From the NCBI GenBank assembly GCA_963741955.1, contig CAVUKB010000005.1, positions 416,001 to 480,000 of the forward strand: a stretch of 64,000 bases of DNA, in the 5' to 3' direction. Under the pieces are notes generated by a model, which was given only the letters and a program-made list of their open reading frames with translations, did not search any database and was not told the origin of the DNA. This stretch comes from an uncultured Acidobacteriota bacterium (GTDB lineage Bacteria > Acidobacteriota > Thermoanaerobaculia > Gp7-AA8). Made by a program: the position numbers and the translations under genes. Below, piece by piece: positions 1 through 9,083 of the stretch (its first letter is position 1; every line of letters starts with the position of its first letter).

Positions 1-1
1 C

Positions 2-610
2 CTCGAGCAGGAGCGTCGCCGTCTTCCCTCCGATTCCTTTCACTCCCGGAATGTTGTCCACCGCGTCACCGGCGAGCGCGAGATAGTCGACGATCTGCTC
101 GGGACGCACTCCGAACTTCTTCACTACCAGCTCCGGTGTGTAACGGATCGACTTCCCGAAGTCGTACCCGACCACGTCGTCCGACACGAGTTGCAGCAGA
201 TCTTTGTCCGTGGTGACGATGACGAACGAGTGTCCTCCCCCGCGCAGCTGGTGCATGACAGTCGCGATCAGGTCGTCCGCTTCGTAGCGGTCGTCGATGA
301 AACAACGGCCTCCCATCGCCGCGGCGATCCGTTCGCACGCGCCGAGTTGCGCTTCGAGCTCGGGCGGCGGAAGGACCCGCTGCTGCTTGTACTCCGGGTA
401 CAGCTCGTTCCGGAAGCTGCTGTTCAGACTCCGGTCGAACGTGATGCCGAGGTGGGTCGGCTTCTCGTCCGCGATGAGCTTGAGGAGGAATGAGGCGAAG
501 CCGTACACCGCTTGCGCCGGATTGCCGCGGGGATCACGGATCGAGTCGGGAAGCGCGAAGTAGGCGCGGAAGATGTAGGGGCTCGCGTCGATCAGATGGA
601 TCGTGCTCAT
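2..610 (-). CDS. 5'-3' exonuclease (Pol I N-terminal / Xni-ExoIX-like), 3' end truncated by window edge
   Basis: Manual translation from ATG 610: MSTIHLIDASPYIFRAYFALP...YEADDLIAT...TTDKDLLQL...LAGDAVDNIPGVKGIGGKTA, the classic 5'-3' exonuclease and H3TH motifs. Not in the ORF track because it has no stop in the window. Confidence 0.9.
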   Translation of the reverse strand, partial: MSTIHLIDASPYIFRAYFALPDSIRDPRGNPAQAVYGFASFLLKLIADEKPTHLGITFDRSLNSSFRNELYPEYKQQRVLPPPELEAQLGACERIAAAMGGRCFIDDRYEADDLIATVMHQLRGGGHSFVIVTTDKDLLQLVSDDVVGYDFGKSIRYTPELVVKKFGVRPEQIVDYLALAGDAVDNIPGVKGIGGKTATLLLE

Positions 611-665
611 CAGGAGATAGTATTCCGAATTCGAAAATCCGCACCCCCGGTGACGCGTCCTCTAG

Positions 666-842
666 CCCGCATTTCTCACACCGTCTCGTCGCGAGGAGGC
701 GGAGAGCGGCTTGGATGCAAGGCGCGCGCAGCTTCGGCGACGAAGGCATAGTCGTAACTACGTCGAGGAGCCGAAGCTGCGCGCAACGCAGCAGACAGGC
801 TGCTATCCGTCTCCGCAGCAGAGACGGTGTGAGAAATGCGGG
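666..842. mobile_element. MITE-like element (177 bp) with perfect 22-bp terminal inverted repeats
   Basis: CCCGCATTTCTCACACCGTCTC (666-687) and GAGACGGTGTGAGAAATGCGGG (821-842), flanked by CTAG/TTAG. The interior is a long imperfect hairpin with no credible ORF. Confidence 0.75.
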
Positions 843-1104
843 TTAGGGGTGCGGATCCTCTGATCCGCCTCGAGAATCGTGTTGCTCGCGATGAAGAGTG
901 AGGCTGTGGCTGGATGCGGAGCATCGGTCACGCGACCGTCAGGCCGACGAAGCTCCGCCTCTGCCGCAGCGATCGTTTCGATCCGCTCTGAATACGATTG
1001 CCTCCGCGGATCGGAAGATCCGCTCCCCACGGTGACGCGTCCTCCCGGAGGATTCGCCCTGGGAGCGACTCAGCTGGCCGGGCGGTTGCAGCACGACCCG
1101 AGCC

Positions 1105-1836
1105 GTGGACCTCTACTTCCACGTTCTCCTTCTCGCGGCCATTCCGGCGGGAGCCAACTTCCTCGGCGGGGTGCTCGCCGAGATCCGTCCCGTCTCCCAA
1201 AAGACGCTGAACCTCACGCTTCACGGCGCCGCGGGCGTGGTCCTGGCGGTCGTGTCGATCGAGCTGATTCCGGATGCGCTGGAGGCGGAGCGCGCGTGGG
1301 TCTCCCTCATCGCTCTGCTGGTCGGCACCCTCGCGTTCGTCGGACTCGATCACTCGCTCCACATCGTGCAGTCGCGAGTCTCCGGAAGGAGCGTCTCGCG
1401 CGGCGCCTGGATGATCTTTCTCGCCGTGGCGATCGACCTCTTCAGCGACGGAATCATGATCGGAACCGGTTCCACCCTCTCCACCACTCTCGCGTTTCTC
1501 CTCGCTCTCGCGCAGGCGCCGGCCGATCTCCCGGAGGGATTCGCCACCATCGCCCGGTTCCGGAGTGAGGGGATGTCCCGCCGCAACCGTCTTCTTCTCA
1601 GCGCCGGATTCGCGCTTCCAATTTTTCTCGGGGCGACGATCGGATACTTCGGACTCCGCGGTGCGCCGCTCGTGGCCAGGCTCGCAGTCCTCGCCTTCAC
1701 CGCTGGAATTCTGATGACTCTCGTGGTGGAGGAGATCATCCCGGTGGCCCACGACGAGAACGAGAGTCACTTCGCAGCGGTGATCTTCATGGCCGGCTTC
1801 GTCCTCTTCACCGCTCTCTCGCTGTACGTCGACTAG
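1105..1836 (+). CDS. ZIP family divalent metal transporter
   Basis: Multi-TM protein with AAGVVLAVVSIELIPDA, DLFSDGIMIG, DLPEGFA and VVEEIIPVAH motifs. Confidence 0.85.
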   Translation: MDLYFHVLLLAAIPAGANFLGGVLAEIRPVSQKTLNLTLHGAAGVVLAVVSIELIPDALEAERAWVSLIALLVGTLAFVGLDHSLHIVQSRVSGRSVSRGAWMIFLAVAIDLFSDGIMIGTGSTLSTTLAFLLALAQAPADLPEGFATIARFRSEGMSRRNRLLLSAGFALPIFLGATIGYFGLRGAPLVARLAVLAFTAGILMTLVVEEIIPVAHDENESHFAAVIFMAGFVLFTALSLYVD

Positions 1837-1891
1837 CGATAGAGACGGGTGCAAAGCCGAGGGTAGCCGGAGTCATGCGATTCGGGAGAGA

Positions 1892-2836
1892 ATGCCTGAA
1901 CGGCGCGATGTCACGTTGAACGGATCTGCGTCGCGGAGCTCACACCCAGTGCATTTCCTCTTTCTCCTCAATCCTCGCTCCGGACGCAACCGGAACCTCG
2001 AAGGACTCGAGAGGTCGGTCAGAACGGCACTCGAACGCGGCTCGGATGCCGATCTGGAGACCTGTCCCCCCCTCGATGAACTGGATCGACGCATCGCCCA
2101 CGCAGATCGAGCGGGCGTCGACGTGGTCGTGGCGATCGGAGGCGACGGGACGGTGAACGAGATCGGCCGGCGTCTGATCGGCAGCCGGATGGCCCTCGGC
2201 GTCATTCCCACCGGCTCCGGGAACGGCTTCGCGCGGCATCTCGGGATTCCACTCGATCCCGCCGCCGCCCTTCTCGCCCTCGCTCGCGGGCGCGTCGAAT
2301 CGATCGACACGGCGGCCGCGAACGGCCGCCCGTTCCTGATGATCGCCGGGGTCGGATTCGACGCGCTGGTCGCCCATCGCTTCGCGGCACGAGGCTCGAG
2401 AGGTCTCCAGACCTATCTGAGGGAAGGGCTGACAAGCTATTTCACGTACAGGCCGGAGGAGTACCGGATCACCATCGACGGCCGAACCCGGGTCGAAGAG
2501 GCTTTCGTGGTCGCCATCGCGAACTCCAGCCAGTACGGAAACCAGGCCCGCATCGCCCCCCTCGCCTCTCTCCAGGATGGACTCCTCGACATCGCCCTGG
2601 TCCGTCACATCCCGCTGCTCTCCATGCCGTCGTTCTTATGGGACCTCTTCAACGGGTCGCTCCGCCCATCCGCGCATCTCGAGCTCCTGCACGGGAAAGA
2701 GATCGTCGTGGAGCGAGCCGCCGAAGGGGCGGCCCACCTGGATGGAGAGGCAGTGAGCCTTCCGGCACGGGTGACCTTCTCGCTCCGTCCCGGCTCCCTC
2801 CGCGCCGTCGTTCCCGCCTCCACCGACCGGATCTGA
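1892..2836 (+). CDS. Diacylglycerol/lipid kinase family protein (YegS/DgkB-like)
   Basis: NPRSG, GGDGTVNE, PTGSGNGFAR, GVGFDA, ANSSQYG and DGE motifs. Start position uncertain. Confidence 0.9.
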   Translation: MPERRDVTLNGSASRSSHPVHFLFLLNPRSGRNRNLEGLERSVRTALERGSDADLETCPPLDELDRRIAHADRAGVDVVVAIGGDGTVNEIGRRLIGSRMALGVIPTGSGNGFARHLGIPLDPAAALLALARGRVESIDTAAANGRPFLMIAGVGFDALVAHRFAARGSRGLQTYLREGLTSYFTYRPEEYRITIDGRTRVEEAFVVAIANSSQYGNQARIAPLASLQDGLLDIALVRHIPLLSMPSFLWDLFNGSLRPSAHLELLHGKEIVVERAAEGAAHLDGEAVSLPARVTFSLRPGSLRAVVPASTDRI

Positions 2837-2895
2837 GCCGCTCAGTATTTTTGCGCGGTCGCGATCGACCCACGCAGTGTGAGGGTCAGATCCCG

Positions 2896-3144
2896 ATGAC
2901 CAGATTCCGTCCCTACCTCAGAAGGCGCATCGATTCAGAGTCCAGCGGGAGCTTCGCCGAATATGAAGAACTTCAGGCGCTCGCCTCCGATCTCCTGGCA
3001 GACACCGACTGGGACTGGATCGAGGCAGACGTGGTCGAGCAGGAGCGCGCCCGGTTCGAGCGTTCGCTCTCACGCGTCGTTGCCGCCGTCGAAGAGAGCG
3101 ACGACGAATACGAGACACTCGTCGCCGCCGGCTCCCGGCACTGA
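2896..3144 (+). CDS. Small acidic hypothetical protein (82 aa)
   Basis: In-frame ATG at 2896 after GAGGG. Fills the gap between co-oriented genes and has protein-like acidic composition. Confidence 0.5.
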   Translation: MTRFRPYLRRRIDSESSGSFAEYEELQALASDLLADTDWDWIEADVVEQERARFERSLSRVVAAVEESDDEYETLVAAGSRH

Positions 3145-3236
3145 CCTTCTCGGGCCTCTCCCGCTCGCATCAGTTGCGTTCCCGGTTTACGATGCCCCGT
3201 GCCTGCGCGCTTGCCGCTTCAGGCGGAGGAGGTCCG

Positions 3237-4124
3237 TTGATCCGCCTGCTCGCACTGGTGGGTGTTCTCGGGATTTCGTTTTCGGCCATCTTCGTCCGTC
3301 TCTCGGGGACCAGCCCTTCGACTGCCGCGGTGTATCGGATGGTGTACGCGATCCCCCCACTCATCGCTCTCTGGTGGCCGGTTCGCCACCGGGACGACCG
3401 CTCACGTCGCGAACGGATGATGGGGGTGGTGGCGGGGTTTGCACTCGCAGTCGATCTCGCCCTCTGGCATCGCGCGATCCTCTACATCGGCGCCGGGCTG
3501 GCGACGGTGCTCGCCAATACGCAGGTCGTCTTCGTGGCACTCCTCGCGTGGCTTCTGCACCGTGAGCGACCGAGCGGCACCGCTCTGACCATGATCCCGG
3601 TGGTATTCGGCGGGGTGGCTCTGATCTCGGGGCTGGGCCGCTCCGGCGCGTACGGCTCCGATCCGCTTCTCGGCGTCCTGTTCGGAACTGCGGCCGGGCT
3701 CTCTTACACGTCGTTCCTTCTCGTCTTTCGCGCTTCGAACCGGCGGCTCGCTCCGGCGGTCGCACCGCTCCTCGACGCGTCGATCGGTGCGCTCGTCGGC
3801 TCGCTGATCCTCGCAGTCTTCGATCCTCATTTCACTCTCGTCTGGTCGTGGCCGGCACATGGATGGCTGATCGCTCTGGCACTCGTCGCACAGGTTTTCG
3901 GATGGATTCTCATCTCCTCGGCGCTTCCGCGGTTGCCCGCACTCGACACGTCGGTGATGCTCCTGCTCCAGCCGATGGCAACCGTGATCTGGGGCCTTCT
4001 GATTTTCGGGGAGAGTCTTTCAGGATGGCAGTGGAGCGGTGTCGGGTTGGTCCTGGCAGGAGTCGCGGTGATCTCTCTTCGCGGCACCATGCACCAGCCT
4101 GATTCGCAAGTGACGACCGGGTGA
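3237..4124 (+). CDS. DMT/EamA family transporter
   Basis: About 10 TM segments with duplicated EamA pattern (LATVLANTQ...LHRERP; LLQPMATVIWGLLIFGESL). TTG start chosen after GGAGGAGG. Confidence 0.88.
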   Translation: MIRLLALVGVLGISFSAIFVRLSGTSPSTAAVYRMVYAIPPLIALWWPVRHRDDRSRRERMMGVVAGFALAVDLALWHRAILYIGAGLATVLANTQVVFVALLAWLLHRERPSGTALTMIPVVFGGVALISGLGRSGAYGSDPLLGVLFGTAAGLSYTSFLLVFRASNRRLAPAVAPLLDASIGALVGSLILAVFDPHFTLVWSWPAHGWLIALALVAQVFGWILISSALPRLPALDTSVMLLLQPMATVIWGLLIFGESLSGWQWSGVGLVLAGVAVISLRGTMHQPDSQVTTG

Positions 4125-4254
4125 CCGCGAGTCCGGGAGGCGCCTGCGGATTGAAACAGAACTGTTCGCTCTCCTCTCCTGCCGGATACGTCCGCAACGC
4201 CTGAATCGCGAAATCCCGAGTTTCACCGGCGCCGTCACTCGCTATACTCTTCTG

Positions 4255-5868
4255 ATGGCGGATCGGGCGGCGGAAACGGAAGAACGACTCAGCGAGATCC
4301 TCAATCTCTTCTCGCGAAAAATCGGATCGACAAAAGGTGCGCTCTACGCCACACCTGGCGGAAAGGATCCCTACGAGCTGGTGACCTGGTACGGCTTCGC
4401 GTCGACTCCGCGGCGCCAGGTCAGCCGGAGCGACCTGATCGTCAACCGCCTCAACACACGACGGTCCGCTTTCTGGGTCAACGGCGCTTCGAGCGATCCA
4501 CGCCTGTACGAGCTGCTGTTTCACAGCGGGACCGACTCCATTCTCGTGGTTCCGATCTATCTCCAGAACCAGCTCGTCGGCTTCTTCGATCTCCGCGACA
4601 AAGCGGGAGGAGAACCGTTCGGGAATTCCGATCTCCCCCACGCGCGGGAGATCATCGAACAGATTCTTCCTCTTCTCTCACGCGGGGTTGTGACTTCCTC
4701 ATCCGGCAACGACAGGACCGCTTTGGCTGCAGCGCCCCCGGTGGATGAGGTGGCCGCACGCGAAGACGTGCTCCGCAGGACGATCCAGAAAGCGCATACG
4801 ATCGCAGACCGCGATCTCGCGCCGCACCGGGCTACGACCCGCACTCTCTCCGAAGCCGAGATCATGTCCATCGTTCCGGCACTCTCGCCTCTCCTTCAGC
4901 TCTCCGGCGTCTCGATGGCCGTATTCACCGCGTTCGGACATCTCGGCAATATTCAGCAGATCATCTCCCGGGCGTCGATCACCGACGAGGCGATGCGCGG
5001 ATTCGAGCAGAAACTGAAGAACTGGATCCGGAAGCACTGGAACCTGAAGATCTCCGACACCACCCGATCGACGGTGACTCTCCCGTTCGGCGAATCCGGG
5101 CCGAAGGTCCAGCCTGCGCACATCGGCACGGTGCTCAGCGCCGCCGTCGAGGTGAATGGAATTCCTGGTCTGGTCCTCAGCGTCGGATTCGAGACTGCGC
5201 CCAGCCGCCAGACCAAAGCTGCTCTCGCGCTCAACCTCGAGCTCGTGCAGCAGATGCTCCACTACTCACTTTCCCATCTGCGGATGCGCACTGCGAATCA
5301 GAAGATCGCGGAGCGCCTCCTGGAGCCGGACTTCCGCCGCTATCCCCGTCTGGCGGATCACTCCATGCGGGTGGCGATGCTCGCCGAACAGTTCGCGCAG
5401 TATCTCGACCTCTCGGCCGCCGAGATGGAGAACATCCGGCTCGCGGCATATCTCCACGACGCCGGAATGCGCCTTCTCGACTACGACCGGCTCTACGAGA
5501 AGCCCTCTTTCAACGATGACGACCGCCGTCTCGTGCGAGAGCACCCGGTACTCGGCGCGGCGTTGATCGCCGAATCAGCCCTCGGAGAAGAAATCGCGCG
5601 GGTCGTCCTCCACCACCACGAACAGCCGGACGGAAAAGGGTATCCTCACGGACTGACCGGAGAGCAGATTCCTCTCGGATCACGCATTCTCCGGATTTGC
5701 GAAACGTTCGACGCGATGACCTCTCACCACTCGTACCACGAGCCGGTTCCCGAGAGCGCCGCGCTCGCCAGCATCGTCCGGCTTGCCGGAGCGGAGTTCG
5801 AGCTCGACCTCGCCCACAAGTTCAACGAGATGCTCGTCAGGGCGTCTACCTTCGGAATGAACACCTGA
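4255..5868 (+). CDS. GAF + HD-GYP domain c-di-GMP phosphodiesterase
   Basis: N-terminal GAF-like region (SILVVPIYLQNQLVGFFDL). C-terminal HSMRVA, LHDAG, HHHEQPDGKGYP and FDAMTS motifs. Confidence 0.88.
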   Translation: MADRAAETEERLSEILNLFSRKIGSTKGALYATPGGKDPYELVTWYGFASTPRRQVSRSDLIVNRLNTRRSAFWVNGASSDPRLYELLFHSGTDSILVVPIYLQNQLVGFFDLRDKAGGEPFGNSDLPHAREIIEQILPLLSRGVVTSSSGNDRTALAAAPPVDEVAAREDVLRRTIQKAHTIADRDLAPHRATTRTLSEAEIMSIVPALSPLLQLSGVSMAVFTAFGHLGNIQQIISRASITDEAMRGFEQKLKNWIRKHWNLKISDTTRSTVTLPFGESGPKVQPAHIGTVLSAAVEVNGIPGLVLSVGFETAPSRQTKAALALNLELVQQMLHYSLSHLRMRTANQKIAERLLEPDFRRYPRLADHSMRVAMLAEQFAQYLDLSAAEMENIRLAAYLHDAGMRLLDYDRLYEKPSFNDDDRRLVREHPVLGAALIAESALGEEIARVVLHHHEQPDGKGYPHGLTGEQIPLGSRILRICETFDAMTSHHSYHEPVPESAALASIVRLAGAEFELDLAHKFNEMLVRASTFGMNT

Positions 5869-5873
5869 ATAAA

Positions 5874-6066
5874 TCCCAGGACTGCGTCCTGGGCTATTGT
5901 CAATCGCCCCTACGGGGCTCCCGGAGAATCGTCTTTCGCCCTTGAATCCCAGGACTGCGTCCTGGGCTACTGTCAAACGCCCCGACGGGGCTCTCGGATC
6001 GTGTTCTTCCTCCAATCAGTCCCAGGACTGCGTCCTGGGCTACTATCAAACGCCCCTACGGGGCTC
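5874..6066. repeat. Three 47-bp palindromic REP-like repeats at 73-bp period
   Basis: TCCCAGGACTGCGTCCTGGGCTA..TCAA.CGCCCC.ACGGGGCTC at 5874, 5947 and 6020, separated by different 26-bp spacers. Confidence 0.85.
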
Positions 6067-6115
6067 CCCGATCCTCGATCCCCGATCCTCGATCTCAGAT
6101 CTTAGATCTTAGATG
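6067..6115. repeat. Heptamer tandem repeat (NNNGATC) x7
   Basis: cccgatc ctcgatc cccgatc ctcgatc tcagatc ttagatc ttagatg. Confidence 0.8.
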
Positions 6116-6120
6116 CCTCT

Positions 6121-8754
6121 CTAACCTGCCTTCAGCTGTTCTTCGAAGATCTCGCCCGGCGCGGGTCGCGCGAAAAGAAATCCCTGACCGTACTCGCACT
6201 TCATCATCTTCAGCATGGCCAGCTGTTGTTCGGTCTCGATTCCTTCGGCGATGACCTCGAGGTTCATGGCGTGTGCAAGGGCGATCACGGTCCGGACGAT
6301 CTCCGCACTCTCGGGGTTCGCGATCATGCTGCCGACGAAGGAGCGATCGATCTTCAGTCCGTCCACACGGAACCGATGCAGGTAGCTGAGCGATGAATAG
6401 CCGGTGCCGAAGTCGTCGATGGTGATCTTCAACCCGAGGTCGCGAAGACTGACCAGCACGCGCGCTGCGCCATCGGGATCGCGCATGATCGCGCTCTCGG
6501 TGATCTCGAGGTGAAGCGAGCCGGGATCGACGTCGCATTGCCCGAGCTGCTCGCCGAGCTCCGCGGCCAGGTCAGGAGCGGTGAGCTGCATCGCGGAGAG
6601 ATTGAGGCTCATGGTCAAGGGAGGATCGGGGTGGAATCGATGCTCCCATTCGTGCAGCGTGCGGCACGCTTCCCGGAAGACCCACCGGCCGATCCTGGCG
6701 ATCAGACCCGTCTCTTCGGCGAGAGGAATGAACTCGTCCGGCATCACGATGCCCCGGGTCGGATGCACCCAGCGGATCAGCGCCTCGAAACCGACGATGT
6801 GTGAGGTGGCGAGATCGACGATCGGCTGGTAGTTCAGGCGAAACTCGTCCCGGTCGACCGCCCGTCGCAGCTCCGTCTCGAGCTCGAGCAGCTGTACCGC
6901 GCTGGCGTGCATGGTCTTTTCGAAGACCACCGACCGCGCTTTGCCGAGCGACTTGGCGCGGTACATCGCGGTGTCCGCATCGCGAATGACGTCCTCGGGC
7001 TTTTCGTATTCCGGTCCTCCGGGGGCGATCCCGATACTCGCAGTGATCGAGTACTGTCGGTCTTCGTCGTGGAATGGCATCCGCAGGACTTCCTGGACTC
7101 TTTCCGCGATCTGCAGGGCTTCGGTCTGGCTGTGAAGATCTTCGAGAAGGATCGTGAATTCGTCTCCCCCGAAGCGCGCCAGCGTATCGCCTTCCCGCAC
7201 CAGCGACGCCACTCGTTGAGAGACCTGCTTGAGAAGCCGGTCGCCGGTGTCGTGTCCCAGACTGTCGTTGATCACCTTGAAGCGATCGAGATCGAGGAAC
7301 AGAACCGCAAACCCGATCTTGTGTCGTCGTGCACGAGTGATCGCCACCGCCAGGCGGTCCAGAAAGAGGGGGCGGTTCGGCAGAGTGGTCAGCGGGTCGT
7401 GATACACCTCGTGCATCAGTTGATCTTCGGCGACCTTCGCTTCGGTGATGTCGGTCTGAGAGCCGGCCATCCGGACCGGGATGCCTCTTTCGTTCAGGAC
7501 GGCGAGGCCGCGGCAGAGCATGAAGCGATAGCCGCCCTCTTTCTGCCGCAGCCGGTACTCGCTCTCGAAGTGGGGCGACTCCGACTGCAGGTGCGCCGAG
7601 ATGCGCGCCTGCACCCGCTGAACGTCTTCGGGGTGAATCCGCTCGAACCAGACCTCGGGAGTCGAGCCGAGCTCCTCGTCGGAGTAGCCGATCATCGCTT
7701 TCCATCGCGGCGAGAAGTACAACTCCCCCGTCACCAGGTTCCAGTCCCAGAGGCCGTCGTTGGCGCCGGCGGCAGCGAGAGCGTATCGCTGCTCGCTCTC
7801 CTTCAGCGCGGTCTCCGCTTCGATTCGCTGCATCACCTCGTGCTGCAGATCGCTCACCACGCGCTGGAGATCCGCGGTTCGGTCGGCGACCCTCTTTTCG
7901 AGATCGTCTTTCATCCCTTCGAGCTCGGCACGCGCACGACTGAGCTGCTCATTCAGAACGAACAGTTCTTCGTTGCCCGCCTGGAGCTCGTCGAGCTTGT
8001 CCAGAAATGCGCTCTCGATCTGCGCCCGGTTGAGAAGCGCGAGCTTCGCTCCGTCCAGAAGATGATCGGGAAGAAGCCGTATGATCGCAGGGAATCCGTC
8101 GAGATTCACGTACGAGCTCGCGAGCGCGTCGTAGCTGGCTTCGAACGTGCGGTCCGCGAGCTCTTCACCGGTCAGATGCGCGAGCCGCGTGTGCAGGGCC
8201 GCCGAGAGGTCGGCCAGAAGCATGGTCCAGCCACGGGGAGTCCCCGGAATCGCGCGGTCCGGCAGCAACTCGCACGGAACACTCACCTCCGGGATCGAGG
8301 AGACCCATTGGGAAAGTCCCTCCAGAGCGCCGCCCCTGCTGCCGAGCAGATCCGCGGCTCTCTCGAGGACATTCACGAGGAACCGACGGGCCAGATCCAG
8401 CTCCTGCGCCGGCCGATCCTGAAAGATGATCCCGAAACGAGGGATTTCCAGGAGATCGGGAAAACGTGAGGCCACGAGCTCGCGCAGCTGCGCCTGGTCG
8501 AATCGATGGGACGGATCCGCCTGCACCAGGTACTGCTCGAGAAGGAGGTAGAGCGAAGGAAGCTCTTCACGCCGCCGCGAGATGGGAAGCCGGCGGAACG
8601 CAGCCACGCGCAATCGGGCGACCTCGGCGCTTCTGGGCGAAGTCATCTGACCGACGAGAAAGTCGACCAGATCCTTCACGTCGCGGTCGTCGTCCGTCCC
8701 CGTCGTCGCCGCGACTCGCGACCGCCAGAACCGCAAACTCTGCATCAACCCCAT
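6121..8754 (-). CDS. PAS-GGDEF-EAL diguanylate cyclase/phosphodiesterase with uncharacterised N-terminal domain
   Basis: Coiled coil, PAS (NDGLWDWN..IHPED), ARFGGDEF, FEALIRW and DDFGTGYSSL. Start placed at ATG 8754 rather than the track's 8910. Confidence 0.93.
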   Translation of the reverse strand: MGLMQSLRFWRSRVAATTGTDDDRDVKDLVDFLVGQMTSPRSAEVARLRVAAFRRLPISRRREELPSLYLLLEQYLVQADPSHRFDQAQLRELVASRFPDLLEIPRFGIIFQDRPAQELDLARRFLVNVLERAADLLGSRGGALEGLSQWVSSIPEVSVPCELLPDRAIPGTPRGWTMLLADLSAALHTRLAHLTGEELADRTFEASYDALASSYVNLDGFPAIIRLLPDHLLDGAKLALLNRAQIESAFLDKLDELQAGNEELFVLNEQLSRARAELEGMKDDLEKRVADRTADLQRVVSDLQHEVMQRIEAETALKESEQRYALAAAGANDGLWDWNLVTGELYFSPRWKAMIGYSDEELGSTPEVWFERIHPEDVQRVQARISAHLQSESPHFESEYRLRQKEGGYRFMLCRGLAVLNERGIPVRMAGSQTDITEAKVAEDQLMHEVYHDPLTTLPNRPLFLDRLAVAITRARRHKIGFAVLFLDLDRFKVINDSLGHDTGDRLLKQVSQRVASLVREGDTLARFGGDEFTILLEDLHSQTEALQIAERVQEVLRMPFHDEDRQYSITASIGIAPGGPEYEKPEDVIRDADTAMYRAKSLGKARSVVFEKTMHASAVQLLELETELRRAVDRDEFRLNYQPIVDLATSHIVGFEALIRWVHPTRGIVMPDEFIPLAEETGLIARIGRWVFREACRTLHEWEHRFHPDPPLTMSLNLSAMQLTAPDLAAELGEQLGQCDVDPGSLHLEITESAIMRDPDGAARVLVSLRDLGLKITIDDFGTGYSSLSYLHRFRVDGLKIDRSFVGSMIANPESAEIVRTVIALAHAMNLEVIAEGIETEQQLAMLKMMKCEYGQGFLFARPAPGEIFEEQLKAG

Positions 8755-9083
8755 ACCACGTCCACCCCGATCGATCCGCGCGAGCGATTGCAGGTTCCGT
8801 CCGGACCACCCGGGAGTCGCTCGCGACGTACATCCTGCCCACAGGTTAACTCCGATACGCAGCGAAAAGGAGCGGTTTCTTCCCACGGTTCGGCGAAGCC
8901 CGACGGTCACGCCGTTCGTCGACGGCTACCATCCTCCACCGCCACCGCCGCCGGTCGAACCACCGCCTCCGCCCATGGGGGTCCCCGCTGGTGCGGGTTC
9001 TTCTCTCGTGTACCGCGGATGATAGACCAGGCGTATAATTCCCGTTCAACAATCGTCCAAAACCTCGAATACGGGAGCTCGAT

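Noticed and set aside
846-1104. Metal-sensing riboswitch upstream of the ZIP transporter
   Set aside because: No recognisable yybP-ykoY, NiCo or fluoride consensus by eye. An Rfam scan would be needed.
5874-6066. CRISPR array call
   Set aside because: Only three repeats, which are long, degenerate and double-hairpin, with no cas genes or leader. Kept as REP-like.
6907-8469. 520-aa plus-strand ORF
   Set aside because: Antisense shadow of the GGDEF-EAL gene.
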